Positions 9,019 to 18,101 of a stretch of 64,000 nt of DNA are shown piece by piece. How positions within the stretch are numbered: the first letter of the stretch is position 1; every line of letters begins with the position of its first letter. Both the position numbers and the translations under genes were made by a program. The notes under the pieces were generated by a model that saw nothing but the letters and a program-made list of their open reading frames with translations, had not been told where the DNA came from and made no database searches. The stretch lies in sequence record MN871449.1. One strand, given 5' to 3'.

Positions 9019-11184
9019 ATGCAAACTAATTTTATTCAACCAACCGGAAACACCTCTATACAGTCTAGTGCAGAGGTTCTTTCTCAATTATTGAACATCC
9101 CGCAATCGACCATTGGGTCAATTGAACGGGGCGTGGATTTAACAAACCTTTCGTTTGCGGTTGACCCCGTGACTAAAGAGATTTACAACGTTACAGGTGT
9201 AATGGGTTCAGTAACGGGAATGGTAGCTTCAGGGACTACCGCAGTAGTGAGCACAGAAAACGGAAGTTTCCCCGTTAATGCATTACCAGCACAATTAATT
9301 ACAGTCAGTTTTCCGTCGATTACTGATTTAAAGAATTTCAATCCGTGGTTCGATAAACAGATCTTAAAGTTGATCAGCTATAACTTAAATGGCACTGTAG
9401 GCGGCGGGGAATTCTATTACGACGCCAATGATACGAGCACTGCTGATGACGGTATGTTCACTATTGTAACTTCATCAGGAAAACGCCTCAAACGTCTTAA
9501 TTCCGATAAGGTACTTAAAGTAGAGTGGGCTGGAGTAGAGCCCGGCGGTGATATCAGTGCGGCGTGGCAAAAGGCCATTGATTACGCGGCAGCTGTTGCT
9601 ACGAAGTCGGGTAATTTTTACCAGTGCCCATCAGTTGAGCTACCTGGTGGTAAATACACCTTAACAAAAGGTGTTGTTTCCCCACCCTTCGTTAGGACTA
9701 TTGTTAACGGGTCAATCTATATCGATTGTAAGGCCCTTAATGATACGCACATTGCTGCGTTTTGGATAAAAGGATTCAAAGGGAATTATCAACAACAAGG
9801 TATCGGTGGTTATACTCTTTCTTCTAATGGCGGTGGGATTTATTTTGAAGGACCTGGTCGCTCAACTGTTTCTTCCTTGGTCGGAATTAAAATTGGTAAT
9901 ACAGCCACTGAGAATAGTGGCAATGGATTTACTAACTGCCCGCCTAAAATCACTGGAGTAACAGTTAGACAGTTCCGCGCTGGTTTACAAATCACAGAAT
10001 ACGATGCGTATCTCATTAGCGTAGAGTATTGTGATTTTGGTAACTCTGGCTCAGCGGTTCAAATAGGTACAGGATCTAGAACGTCCCCTTGGAACGCCGG
10101 GGAACGAATTGCGTTTACCCACTGTACATTTTACGGTGGCGGAGAGTATGGCTTTATTGAGGCCATTGTTGCTGGGTTCAATATTGATTTTACAAACGTA
10201 AGTTTCGATTATACTGCGACACACGTTTTCAATTTCGGAAGTAACGCTAACGGCAATAACTTCCGCGTGACTAATTCACACACTGAAGCAGTTGGGGGTT
10301 ACATTGTGAACGACGTGGCTGGATTGAATGACAGTTACGTTACATTCATTAACAGCGATTTCATGATGACACTTGCTAGTGGTTCACAAGTAGGTAACGA
10401 TAGTAATGGAAACGCGGTATCTAACGCTATATCAAGACCACTGTTCAATAACCAGTCGGTAAATGTCTATCTTGATATTTCTGGCCCGAGCGCTGCAACG
10501 CAAACTCCTTACGATTATTATATTTTCCTTTGTACCCCAGCTTCCCGCGGCGTATCGGTAGGTAAATCGATTACTCCATATGCTAACCCACGCCCCTCTA
10601 AAATAAGCTCATTATTGAGCAAAGGTTGGAACTTCGGTAATGAAAGCGATGGTACTGCTGTCACTCAAGGAAAAGTACTTACTGATTGGACATTCCGTTT
10701 AGTTAGCGGTGGGACAGCGGCAGTGGCGACGCTGAATGCTAACGGGGATAAATGTGTTACACTTACACCGACAAACAATACATCGAACATGTATGCGTAT
10801 TGGTCTAACAATGAATTAATCGAAGTATCGCAGTTAGAAAGCTATTCTACTACCTTTGCTGTCCAGTACGGTTCCGCTGATACTACTTTGACCGCAGGTA
10901 ATCAACTAAGTTCAAACATTCGTTATACGTGGTACGATAACACCCAAACTCAGATCTCAACAGAAACTTACAGCTATGATCTTTATTCGATAATTAAAGA
11001 TACTGCTGCCCCGAACGCTGCATCGGCAACAACGAGAATTGTTCCAATCATTCCTACAAGCCGTGTGGCTCCGCCAAGAGCAAAATTCTTGCGAGTCGAA
11101 TACGGTATTGTCAGGGTTAATTATCCTTTAAAGATATGCTACAATTTTATTTACAAAGGTAATAATGTAACTGCTACAGTATAA
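9019..11184 (+). CDS. Tailspike / depolymerase with Kuttervirus-type head
   Basis: N-term MQTNFIQPTGNTS..VLSQLLNI..GVDLT resembles the CBA120 TSP1/TSP3 heads (FNQPxGST..IARxFG..GIDL); beta-helix related to that of 6224..8980. Confidence 0.85.
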   Translation: MQTNFIQPTGNTSIQSSAEVLSQLLNIPQSTIGSIERGVDLTNLSFAVDPVTKEIYNVTGVMGSVTGMVASGTTAVVSTENGSFPVNALPAQLITVSFPSITDLKNFNPWFDKQILKLISYNLNGTVGGGEFYYDANDTSTADDGMFTIVTSSGKRLKRLNSDKVLKVEWAGVEPGGDISAAWQKAIDYAAAVATKSGNFYQCPSVELPGGKYTLTKGVVSPPFVRTIVNGSIYIDCKALNDTHIAAFWIKGFKGNYQQQGIGGYTLSSNGGGIYFEGPGRSTVSSLVGIKIGNTATENSGNGFTNCPPKITGVTVRQFRAGLQITEYDAYLISVEYCDFGNSGSAVQIGTGSRTSPWNAGERIAFTHCTFYGGGEYGFIEAIVAGFNIDFTNVSFDYTATHVFNFGSNANGNNFRVTNSHTEAVGGYIVNDVAGLNDSYVTFINSDFMMTLASGSQVGNDSNGNAVSNAISRPLFNNQSVNVYLDISGPSAATQTPYDYYIFLCTPASRGVSVGKSITPYANPRPSKISSLLSKGWNFGNESDGTAVTQGKVLTDWTFRLVSGGTAAVATLNANGDKCVTLTPTNNTSNMYAYWSNNELIEVSQLESYSTTFAVQYGSADTTLTAGNQLSSNIRYTWYDNTQTQISTETYSYDLYSIIKDTAAPNAASATTRIVPIIPTSRVAPPRAKFLRVEYGIVRVNYPLKICYNFIYKGNNVTATV

Positions 11185-11187
11185 ATT

Positions 11188-11219
11188 AATTGAGAGAGGG
11201 AGTATCCCCTCTCTCAATT
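11188..11219 (+). terminator. Intrinsic terminator
   Basis: AATTGAGAGAGGG-AGTATC-CCCTCTCTCAATT. Confidence 0.8.
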
Positions 11220-11222
11220 TTC

Positions 11223-11226
11223 TATG
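11223..11226 (+). promoter_or_regulatory. Late promoter-like TATG
   Basis: TTTTCTATGAC after terminator. Confidence 0.55.
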
Positions 11227-11256
11227 ACTTCGTCTTATTCACATAGAGGTGTAATG

Positions 11257-13242
11257 ATGTTAACTGATTTTAATAAACCGCGAGGGAGTAACGGTGAATA
11301 TTCTCTTTTAACCGTGGGGTCCGTAACTGAATTAAGGGCTTTAGAGCCTTGGTTTGACGGCCAACGTGTTCTATTAAAACGAGCGGTTGTGGGCGGACCT
11401 GACGTAAACGAAATAATGACGTACAGAGCCAGTTCAACAGTCGCAGATAACGACTACAGCGTATTTAAAACAGCTAAAGGAGCTAACTGGCTCCTCGATA
11501 CAACAAAACCTATTAACGTATGGATGGCTGGTTTTTCTGTCTCTTTAAATAACCTCTCCCAGTGCATCAACAAAATAACTAGTGACATCGTCAAAATTGT
11601 TATTGGGAGAGGTTATATCGCAAATGGAACTTACCGTCTGCGCGTACCGCTATTAGATAACGCTACCGGCGAAACAGTTTATAAAATGACAGCGACAGTG
11701 CGTATCCCGCCGTTTGTTTCTGTTATTGTTGACACTAACCAGACTTGGGATTTTAGTGCCTTTACTACCGGGAATGGCGTAGAAATAACCGGTGAGTTTA
11801 CTGGACTTACTCGATCTGCAGCAAACCCCTTCACTAATAACGCGGGGAGTTCTGCCAGCTACACTGAAGTACTGGACACTAACGCACTTTTCATTTTAGG
11901 CCCCGGATACGACAAAACTACGTTCCATGGTATTTCTTTAGGAAATACAACATACCCATCTGGTGGTTTTGTCCATACTCGAGAAGTAAAAATCACTGGC
12001 GTAAAAGTTGCGCAATTTTACGGCGGAATCAGGATTGGTTCTACTGATACGTATTTAGATGTGGTGGAGAACTGCGCTTTTTATCGAAATGGATATGGTA
12101 TCGTCACCGATGCAGGCGTGAACTGCGTTAACTCCGGTGAGAACATGCGCTTCGTCAACTGCCTCATTGGTGACAACTATTTGGGCGGAGTCTACCGAAA
12201 CGATACTGTCCACATGTTTAAATATTTTGGTTGTAGTTTCGACTATAATACAAACGATGTTGTCCTCTATTCTCCAGTGAACATAGGTCAGGATACGTTG
12301 ATCGAGTGTCACGTTGAAGGCTTCCGTTATTTAGCCAATTGCCCAACTCGTACAACAGGCGCTGGCGAAAATAATTTTAAAATGATCGGCGGAAATATCT
12401 TCATGTACGCGTTTGTTAATGATCCTTACCGTGGAGTCAGGACAATTGGTTTTGCGACCACTACACGCACCGCTATCGACCTTGACAACGTAAACATTTT
12501 CTGTTACGGCCCGCACGTTAATAGCGCTTATGGGAGTTACAAGGCGTACGATCCCACTAACCAGATCAAAATAAGAATACGTTACCCTTTACGCGGACAA
12601 ACCTATCGTTTTCTGCCATCTTACGATACCTCTGACGGTTACATTTTGAATAATACAGGGCTACTGTTTAATGGTACCGCTGGCGCGGCCTTACCGACTG
12701 CCAGGGCAATTGGACAGTGGTACGTAGTTGCTAACGGTTCAACTATCGTCTATGGCTCTGCAGCAGATGCAGATTCGGATGGCCTGATCCCAGTGACAAT
12801 TACTGCTACAAGTACAACTAACTCGGTTAACCTTCTCTGGGGTACGCCAATTAATAACAGTAACAGTCAACAGAAATTTCATGTGTCCTGTTCAGTCAAA
12901 GCCGGTGCTGCAACTACTGGCAACGTTTACGTACGTGGTGTGTGTCGTTTAGTTTCATCTCAGACTTTTACTAATAACGCCACGACTAACGTAGTGTCAA
13001 TGAGCGAAAACTATAGTGGATATGCCTTGGGTCCACAGCAAGATATTTTAAACTCACTAACAAAAACTGGCATCGCCCTTACCGCAGACAATTACATGGG
13101 TACCTACATGCTTTCATGCGATACCGGTACGTCTCAGTACGGTTACGCTGGACTTAACTTTACCGGTTTCGTTGGTACCATCCAAGTTAAGCTGCCTGCG
13201 GTTTGGTTTTCCGATCAACATCCGACTTTAGGGTATTTGTGA
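11257..13242 (+). CDS. Tailspike / depolymerase (start corrected to MLTDFNKPRGS)
   Basis: SD AGAGGT; FNKPRGS short anchor; SVTELRALEPWFDGQRV domain; beta-helix (DTYL..NSGENMRF..CSFDY). Confidence 0.85.
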   Translation: MLTDFNKPRGSNGEYSLLTVGSVTELRALEPWFDGQRVLLKRAVVGGPDVNEIMTYRASSTVADNDYSVFKTAKGANWLLDTTKPINVWMAGFSVSLNNLSQCINKITSDIVKIVIGRGYIANGTYRLRVPLLDNATGETVYKMTATVRIPPFVSVIVDTNQTWDFSAFTTGNGVEITGEFTGLTRSAANPFTNNAGSSASYTEVLDTNALFILGPGYDKTTFHGISLGNTTYPSGGFVHTREVKITGVKVAQFYGGIRIGSTDTYLDVVENCAFYRNGYGIVTDAGVNCVNSGENMRFVNCLIGDNYLGGVYRNDTVHMFKYFGCSFDYNTNDVVLYSPVNIGQDTLIECHVEGFRYLANCPTRTTGAGENNFKMIGGNIFMYAFVNDPYRGVRTIGFATTTRTAIDLDNVNIFCYGPHVNSAYGSYKAYDPTNQIKIRIRYPLRGQTYRFLPSYDTSDGYILNNTGLLFNGTAGAALPTARAIGQWYVVANGSTIVYGSAADADSDGLIPVTITATSTTNSVNLLWGTPINNSNSQQKFHVSCSVKAGAATTGNVYVRGVCRLVSSQTFTNNATTNVVSMSENYSGYALGPQQDILNSLTKTGIALTADNYMGTYMLSCDTGTSQYGYAGLNFTGFVGTIQVKLPAVWFSDQHPTLGYL

Positions 13243-13436
13243 TGATTTATATCTACAAAGATACTGTGCGAGAGAACGTTTATTTTCTTTCCAGAATTGA
13301 TTTGGGGGAGGCTATCGTTTTCTTTGAAGAAGTAGAAAACTATCAGGAAGCCGCACTTGGGTTCTTATCGGAAAAGGGTCTAGATGGTTCTTTTCTTTTA
13401 GAAGACAGGACTAGCGAAGACGATTCCGGTAGTTGA
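13242..13436 (+). CDS. Small acidic protein coupled to tailspike; possible assembly chaperone (64 aa)
   Basis: ATG overlaps the tailspike TGA; MIYIYKDTVRENVYFLSRIDLGE...; followed by a terminator. Confidence 0.6.
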   Translation: MIYIYKDTVRENVYFLSRIDLGEAIVFFEEVENYQEAALGFLSEKGLDGSFLLEDRTSEDDSGS

Positions 13437-13460
13437 ATTGTTTTATAGGTTGTTCATAGC

Positions 13461-13484
13461 GAGTAGGGCCGATCGGCCCTACTC
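13461..13484 (+). terminator. Intrinsic terminator
   Basis: GAGTAGGGCC-GATC-GGCCCTACTC. Confidence 0.8.
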
Positions 13485-13493
13485 TTGTGTTTT

Positions 13494-13497
13494 TATG
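13494..13497 (+). promoter_or_regulatory. Late promoter-like TATG
   Basis: TTTTTATGAC after terminator. Confidence 0.55.
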
Positions 13498-13543
13498 ACG
13501 ATCTAGATACCCTCTTATTTACCCAGACTATACAGGTACCGAA

Positions 13544-16222
13544 ATGGATAAGTCTAGTTTAAAAATTACTGAATTACCGGCGTTGTCGGTAGCCTCTGAG
13601 AATGGGTTTATTCCCATTGCCCAAGTTAAAGAAGAAAACGACACGTATAAAACAACACTCCGTGCGTTACGTGAAAGTATCATGTTTGAGAACGCCTACT
13701 CGAGTACTGCGGCGGGTGTTTCGGCAACGGTTCCTGGCGATGTGTTCTTTGTTTACACTGACGATACTAAAGAGCATGTTCAAGGCTGGGTTAACAGTGC
13801 CGGTGGCGCCACCCCGTTATTGAATGCTAATAGTGAACAAATCACTTACGGTACTTACGCGCTGTTGAATAAAGCTCTGAAGAATAAAGGGGCGATTGTA
13901 CAGTGGGTTTATAATGGCGGGTTAAGTAACGGCGGGGAGCAAACCTTCACGGTTCCTTTAGCGGGGAATGTCGCAGTACAGGAAGTGTACGTCGATGGTT
14001 TGCGTCAGTTTAAAGACGTAGGTTTTGAATTAGTTGCTGGCGATATGTTGAGCTTTAAACTCGCTACACCAGTAAAAGAAAATCAAACCGTAGTAGCGAT
14101 CTGTTTTGGTAGCGATGACATTGAGAAAGTCAACGAAGCATTGCTCAGTCTATTTAGCGGGCCGACAGGTGCTGCAAATATCGGAATGGCAGCAGGCGGC
14201 ACCGTAGAGGCCGCCATAGGCGCGCGGGTAGCTACTGCTGATTTAAGTAGCGTCTATGGAGCAGGGCTGGTCGGTACAGGGAATTACGCTGATCTTCGCA
14301 ACTATACGGGTTATGCAAGCACGTTGTCTCTTTACGGTTACAGCACCGCCGGTGATGGTGGGGAAGGGATTTTCGATCGACAAAGCGTAGTTGGTAGTAA
14401 AACAGATGATGACTGCGTTCATCTTGTTGATAAATTAGGCAGACTTTGGAAACGTCGAATCAATGGGAACGTAGTGAAGCTCGCCTGGGCAGGCGTTAAG
14501 AGTTACGACCAAACCACCGCACCCCAAGATACCGCATTTAAAAATGCATTGAAAGCAGCCGGACAACTCTCCTCTAACGGTTACCCGCAATCGATTATTA
14601 CCGGGTTAGATAAAGGCGTGGTCTACCTTGCTCAGCGCCATTATATTCGCTGTGGAACATTCCCTGAATCTCTGTCGTGGATTCTTCCAACTAATTCCGG
14701 AGATCGTTTCGGTATTACGGGGCGTTATGCGTTAGATCAAGGGGCGGGTTGGTTTGTGGTGCAAGCGAACCGTCCGCTGTTCGATATTGAGATTGACAAC
14801 ACCTCGCTGACATTCCAGGTCAATAATTACACCACTGCACAGATTGCTGGCTTGGTGGACACTAACTACGCGTTACGACTGGAAAGTATGGTTAACGCCC
14901 CGGATATTAAGATATCGGCAGGTGCTTACGCAGGAACCGTACTTTACTCCTTAGGGAAGTCTAATTATACCGATGTAACAGCGAAGTGGCCAGATCTTAC
15001 CGTCGTCCTACCGTCCATTCAGAATCTTGGTACATTAAGGATGAATAACAAAACAGTGGGTCGCGGGTTCTATCTTCGAAACACTGGTTCAGGCTTAGGT
15101 AAAGTTGAATACCTTTGGGAGCAGAATAATTCCCAAGCTTCCGTTCTGAAAGAAATGTACGATGTAGGACTAGAACATTACGAAGACTTTGTCCCACCGC
15201 TGCTGGCGACAGGTGGATTGATTATTGATACTTGCGGAACAGTAACGATAGGAAGTCTGTTAGTAGGTTCAGGCGGCGGTCCTCACGTCAGAATTTGGGA
15301 TACTCCAGCGATCACTATCAACAAGATCTTTGGTGTCCAAGGCGGCCCGACTCTTGCCCAAACCCTCCCCGGCGCGTACTGTATTGAAATCTGTAACTCC
15401 CGTGTTTCAATCGGCCTTGTTAATGCGTATTATCCTGGCGAGTTTATTCGCATGGGCTACAATGCTTACGTTGGTATTGCCGATATTACGGGCTGGTATA
15501 TGTCAAGAGTGGTCTACGTCACTAACGATACGACCAAGTTACAATATACCGGACAACGCATTGGTCAACCTAATGATACTGGTATTGTCACAATTTCGAA
15601 AGGGATCTTCTACAATCTCGATTACTACGCTGGAGGTTACGCAGCGCAACCTGTGTTCTACGTAGACGCAACTGTTCTTTACGGGAAAATGACGCTCGAT
15701 AATATCGAATTCTATAATACCCATTCTGGGTGGACTAACCTCACCGAAGATCAGATGTACATCGTCCGTGTAGACAGTCCTAATCCCAATTTCTTCTTTA
15801 GTACTCGGAACTGTAAATGGGACGATAATAATTTTAATTACGTCATTTACCTTAAGCTACAAAGTCAACTGGCGTATTTCCAGAGCGCACAAACAAGCTA
15901 CTCACGTATTCGATATGGGGACGGGACACAATCATCTTTTGGAATGCGGGACGCTACCCATGTTGATTTGACGACAACCGCACTACCATTAACAGGCGTT
16001 GACTACGTCTATAATTATCGTCGCGCGGGTAAGTACCACGGTGATTTGACTGTCCCTTCTGGTGGTACATGCGTTATCAAAGTGAACGACCAAATATTGT
16101 ACAATTATACAGCCGCGGGTACTTACCCGTTGAACTTGGTGCTGTATTACCAAGAAAGGGTCAACATTACGATCACCGGCGCAGTCACGCTAACGAACTC
16201 GACGTGGCGTTATACGGTATAA
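13544..16222 (+). CDS. Branching tailspike with one XD docking domain plus depolymerase
   Basis: KITEL..FENAY..VFFVY anchor; QWVYNGGLSNGGEQ..VQEVYVDGLRQFKDVGF XD-like domain; beta-helix. Confidence 0.85.
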   Translation: MDKSSLKITELPALSVASENGFIPIAQVKEENDTYKTTLRALRESIMFENAYSSTAAGVSATVPGDVFFVYTDDTKEHVQGWVNSAGGATPLLNANSEQITYGTYALLNKALKNKGAIVQWVYNGGLSNGGEQTFTVPLAGNVAVQEVYVDGLRQFKDVGFELVAGDMLSFKLATPVKENQTVVAICFGSDDIEKVNEALLSLFSGPTGAANIGMAAGGTVEAAIGARVATADLSSVYGAGLVGTGNYADLRNYTGYASTLSLYGYSTAGDGGEGIFDRQSVVGSKTDDDCVHLVDKLGRLWKRRINGNVVKLAWAGVKSYDQTTAPQDTAFKNALKAAGQLSSNGYPQSIITGLDKGVVYLAQRHYIRCGTFPESLSWILPTNSGDRFGITGRYALDQGAGWFVVQANRPLFDIEIDNTSLTFQVNNYTTAQIAGLVDTNYALRLESMVNAPDIKISAGAYAGTVLYSLGKSNYTDVTAKWPDLTVVLPSIQNLGTLRMNNKTVGRGFYLRNTGSGLGKVEYLWEQNNSQASVLKEMYDVGLEHYEDFVPPLLATGGLIIDTCGTVTIGSLLVGSGGGPHVRIWDTPAITINKIFGVQGGPTLAQTLPGAYCIEICNSRVSIGLVNAYYPGEFIRMGYNAYVGIADITGWYMSRVVYVTNDTTKLQYTGQRIGQPNDTGIVTISKGIFYNLDYYAGGYAAQPVFYVDATVLYGKMTLDNIEFYNTHSGWTNLTEDQMYIVRVDSPNPNFFFSTRNCKWDDNNFNYVIYLKLQSQLAYFQSAQTSYSRIRYGDGTQSSFGMRDATHVDLTTTALPLTGVDYVYNYRRAGKYHGDLTVPSGGTCVIKVNDQILYNYTAAGTYPLNLVLYYQERVNITITGAVTLTNSTWRYTV

Positions 16223-16227
16223 TAACA

Positions 16228-16249
16228 CCAGAGAGGAATCCCTCTCTGG
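16228..16249 (+). terminator. Hairpin, weak T-tract (possible leaky terminator)
   Basis: CCAGAGAGG-AATC-CCTCTCTGG. Confidence 0.55.
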
Positions 16250-16268
16250 CTTTCTACAAGGAATAATC

Positions 16269-18092
16269 ATGTTAAATCGTTTAGTCCAACCCAACGGAAG
16301 TACAACAAAAGAGATCATTCTTCGTAACCTTTGTACTCTACTGGGATTAGAAACAAATCAAATAGCGGTACTCGAGACAAATGTCGACCTTTCCAATGTA
16401 AACGTGCTTTTTGATTTTAATACAAACAACTGTTTCGAAACAGTTTCAGCTACGGGAACGTTGCAAAGTTTCACCAGAAACCAAGATGGAACTTTAAACT
16501 TGGTAACGACAACAGGAAGTTTTAACGTTGGCTCATGGAGAGATCTTGGGGTAATTGATCAGGCTTTGAGCGTCGTTGAAAATTTGTTAGCGGAATTTAA
16601 GGGCGAAATTGATAATAAAGGAACAACTGACGGAAACGGGCCCTCTGCTTCTGACGATATTTCCGTTGAAGATCAAATGAGCGTAAAAGGTCAATACGAC
16701 GTCAACCCGGCCCCTGAAGATATTCAAGCGGTAGCTGGCATTAACTTCGGCGGAAAGAAAAATCTGGGTACCATTCTCATTGATAACCGCGGAAGACTGA
16801 AAACCTCAGCTACCGTTGACGGACACCGAACTGCAAGAAACATTCATGTACCTTTTGCTGAAGGCACAGGCTACTGGAGAGGTCCTTATCAAGACGTCAT
16901 TGCGCGATTCCCTGTAGACGGCCAAGCGGATGATGAAACCTCCCCAGCGATCATGTGGAGTTATGATAAAACCACAAATCTCCCAAGAATCTTTACTGTT
17001 TCTCCGCTCCAAACAGGGTTAGTCCCTTTCACTGACGCTGGGCGTTATCGTTGGAGTTGGGCGAACGGCACAGCTGTCAGAGAATTAGCTCAGCTTGATT
17101 CTATTGGACGGAGTCTGGCCAATTCTTACGACACCTACTTCACCGTAGACAGTGCTAATGCTAACTTCATTAATTTCGCAACCATTGTAAACCCATCCAA
17201 TCTTATCGGCGCACGTTTCTCCTGCTTAATTAATATTGGGAACGCGACAAATAGCAATGTTTTGACATATGTTCTCGATGTCAATTTACCTGATGTCGTT
17301 ACCGCGTTTACTCAATACAACATTAATAAGTACGTTCGTTTTACAGGGATTGGTTCGGGTAAGATGTTGGATAATAGCGATGTAAAAAACGCCCTCCAAC
17401 CGGTTATTGGTTTGGTTCAAGATACAACAACCGGAACGGTGAATTTCTACCTAAGAACTCCGGCGCATTCCACTTATTTGAGTTCTACTTGCGTGAACTC
17501 CGGAAATGCAAACCTGATCACATGGAATTGGAATAAATACATGGGCGGGTCACAATTGACGTCGCTCAGTGGTTCGACCCCTGCAGGGATTATTTGGGCG
17601 AACACCGCCTATACAGGGTCAAACTATCGTCGCGTGTTACTCAATGATGGTTCGAGTTTTGACGTACCAGAGGGTTATGCTGTATTGCGTTGTCATTACA
17701 ACCACCCGGCTGATTCGGTTATCAATGCCGCTCCCTTTAAGAAATTCGTTTCTTCTTTTTGTTACGCCACCAATTTTGAAAGTGGTGTTGATTCATTAAC
17801 ATGCACAATACCGAGTCTTAATTTCACGATCACAGGTGCTGATCTTGCGACAGATATGCCTTGGCAGATAAGGCTACCTCAGATACCAAATAATGCTAAC
17901 AGTTATCGATACGTTATTGGTGCAACGGATACAACTGCACATACATTTGCGTTTAGCGTTAGGCAAGTCCTTACTACTGCCACACTGAATACAACAACTA
18001 ACGCGATCACGGTAACAGAAGCGTTGAGTAGCTCCCCAGTAGATCTGGGCCCGGCAGTTTGGATAGACGTGTTGGTAAAACTCGCAAATTAA
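16269..18092 (+). CDS. Tail fibre/spike with Kuttervirus-type head
   Basis: MLNRLVQPNGSTTKEIILRNLCTLLGL..VDLS..VLFD head related to 9019 and to CBA120 TSP heads; beta-rich body. Confidence 0.75.
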   Translation: MLNRLVQPNGSTTKEIILRNLCTLLGLETNQIAVLETNVDLSNVNVLFDFNTNNCFETVSATGTLQSFTRNQDGTLNLVTTTGSFNVGSWRDLGVIDQALSVVENLLAEFKGEIDNKGTTDGNGPSASDDISVEDQMSVKGQYDVNPAPEDIQAVAGINFGGKKNLGTILIDNRGRLKTSATVDGHRTARNIHVPFAEGTGYWRGPYQDVIARFPVDGQADDETSPAIMWSYDKTTNLPRIFTVSPLQTGLVPFTDAGRYRWSWANGTAVRELAQLDSIGRSLANSYDTYFTVDSANANFINFATIVNPSNLIGARFSCLINIGNATNSNVLTYVLDVNLPDVVTAFTQYNINKYVRFTGIGSGKMLDNSDVKNALQPVIGLVQDTTTGTVNFYLRTPAHSTYLSSTCVNSGNANLITWNWNKYMGGSQLTSLSGSTPAGIIWANTAYTGSNYRRVLLNDGSSFDVPEGYAVLRCHYNHPADSVINAAPFKKFVSSFCYATNFESGVDSLTCTIPSLNFTITGADLATDMPWQIRLPQIPNNANSYRYVIGATDTTAHTFAFSVRQVLTTATLNTTTNAITVTEALSSSPVDLGPAVWIDVLVKLAN

Positions 18093-18101
18093 GAGGTTTA
18101 G

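Noticed and set aside
4097-11256. ORF-track N-terminal extensions at 4097, 6179 and 11224
   Set aside because: They start inside the terminator or at the TATG promoter motif; SD-bearing starts are 4163, 6224 and 11257.
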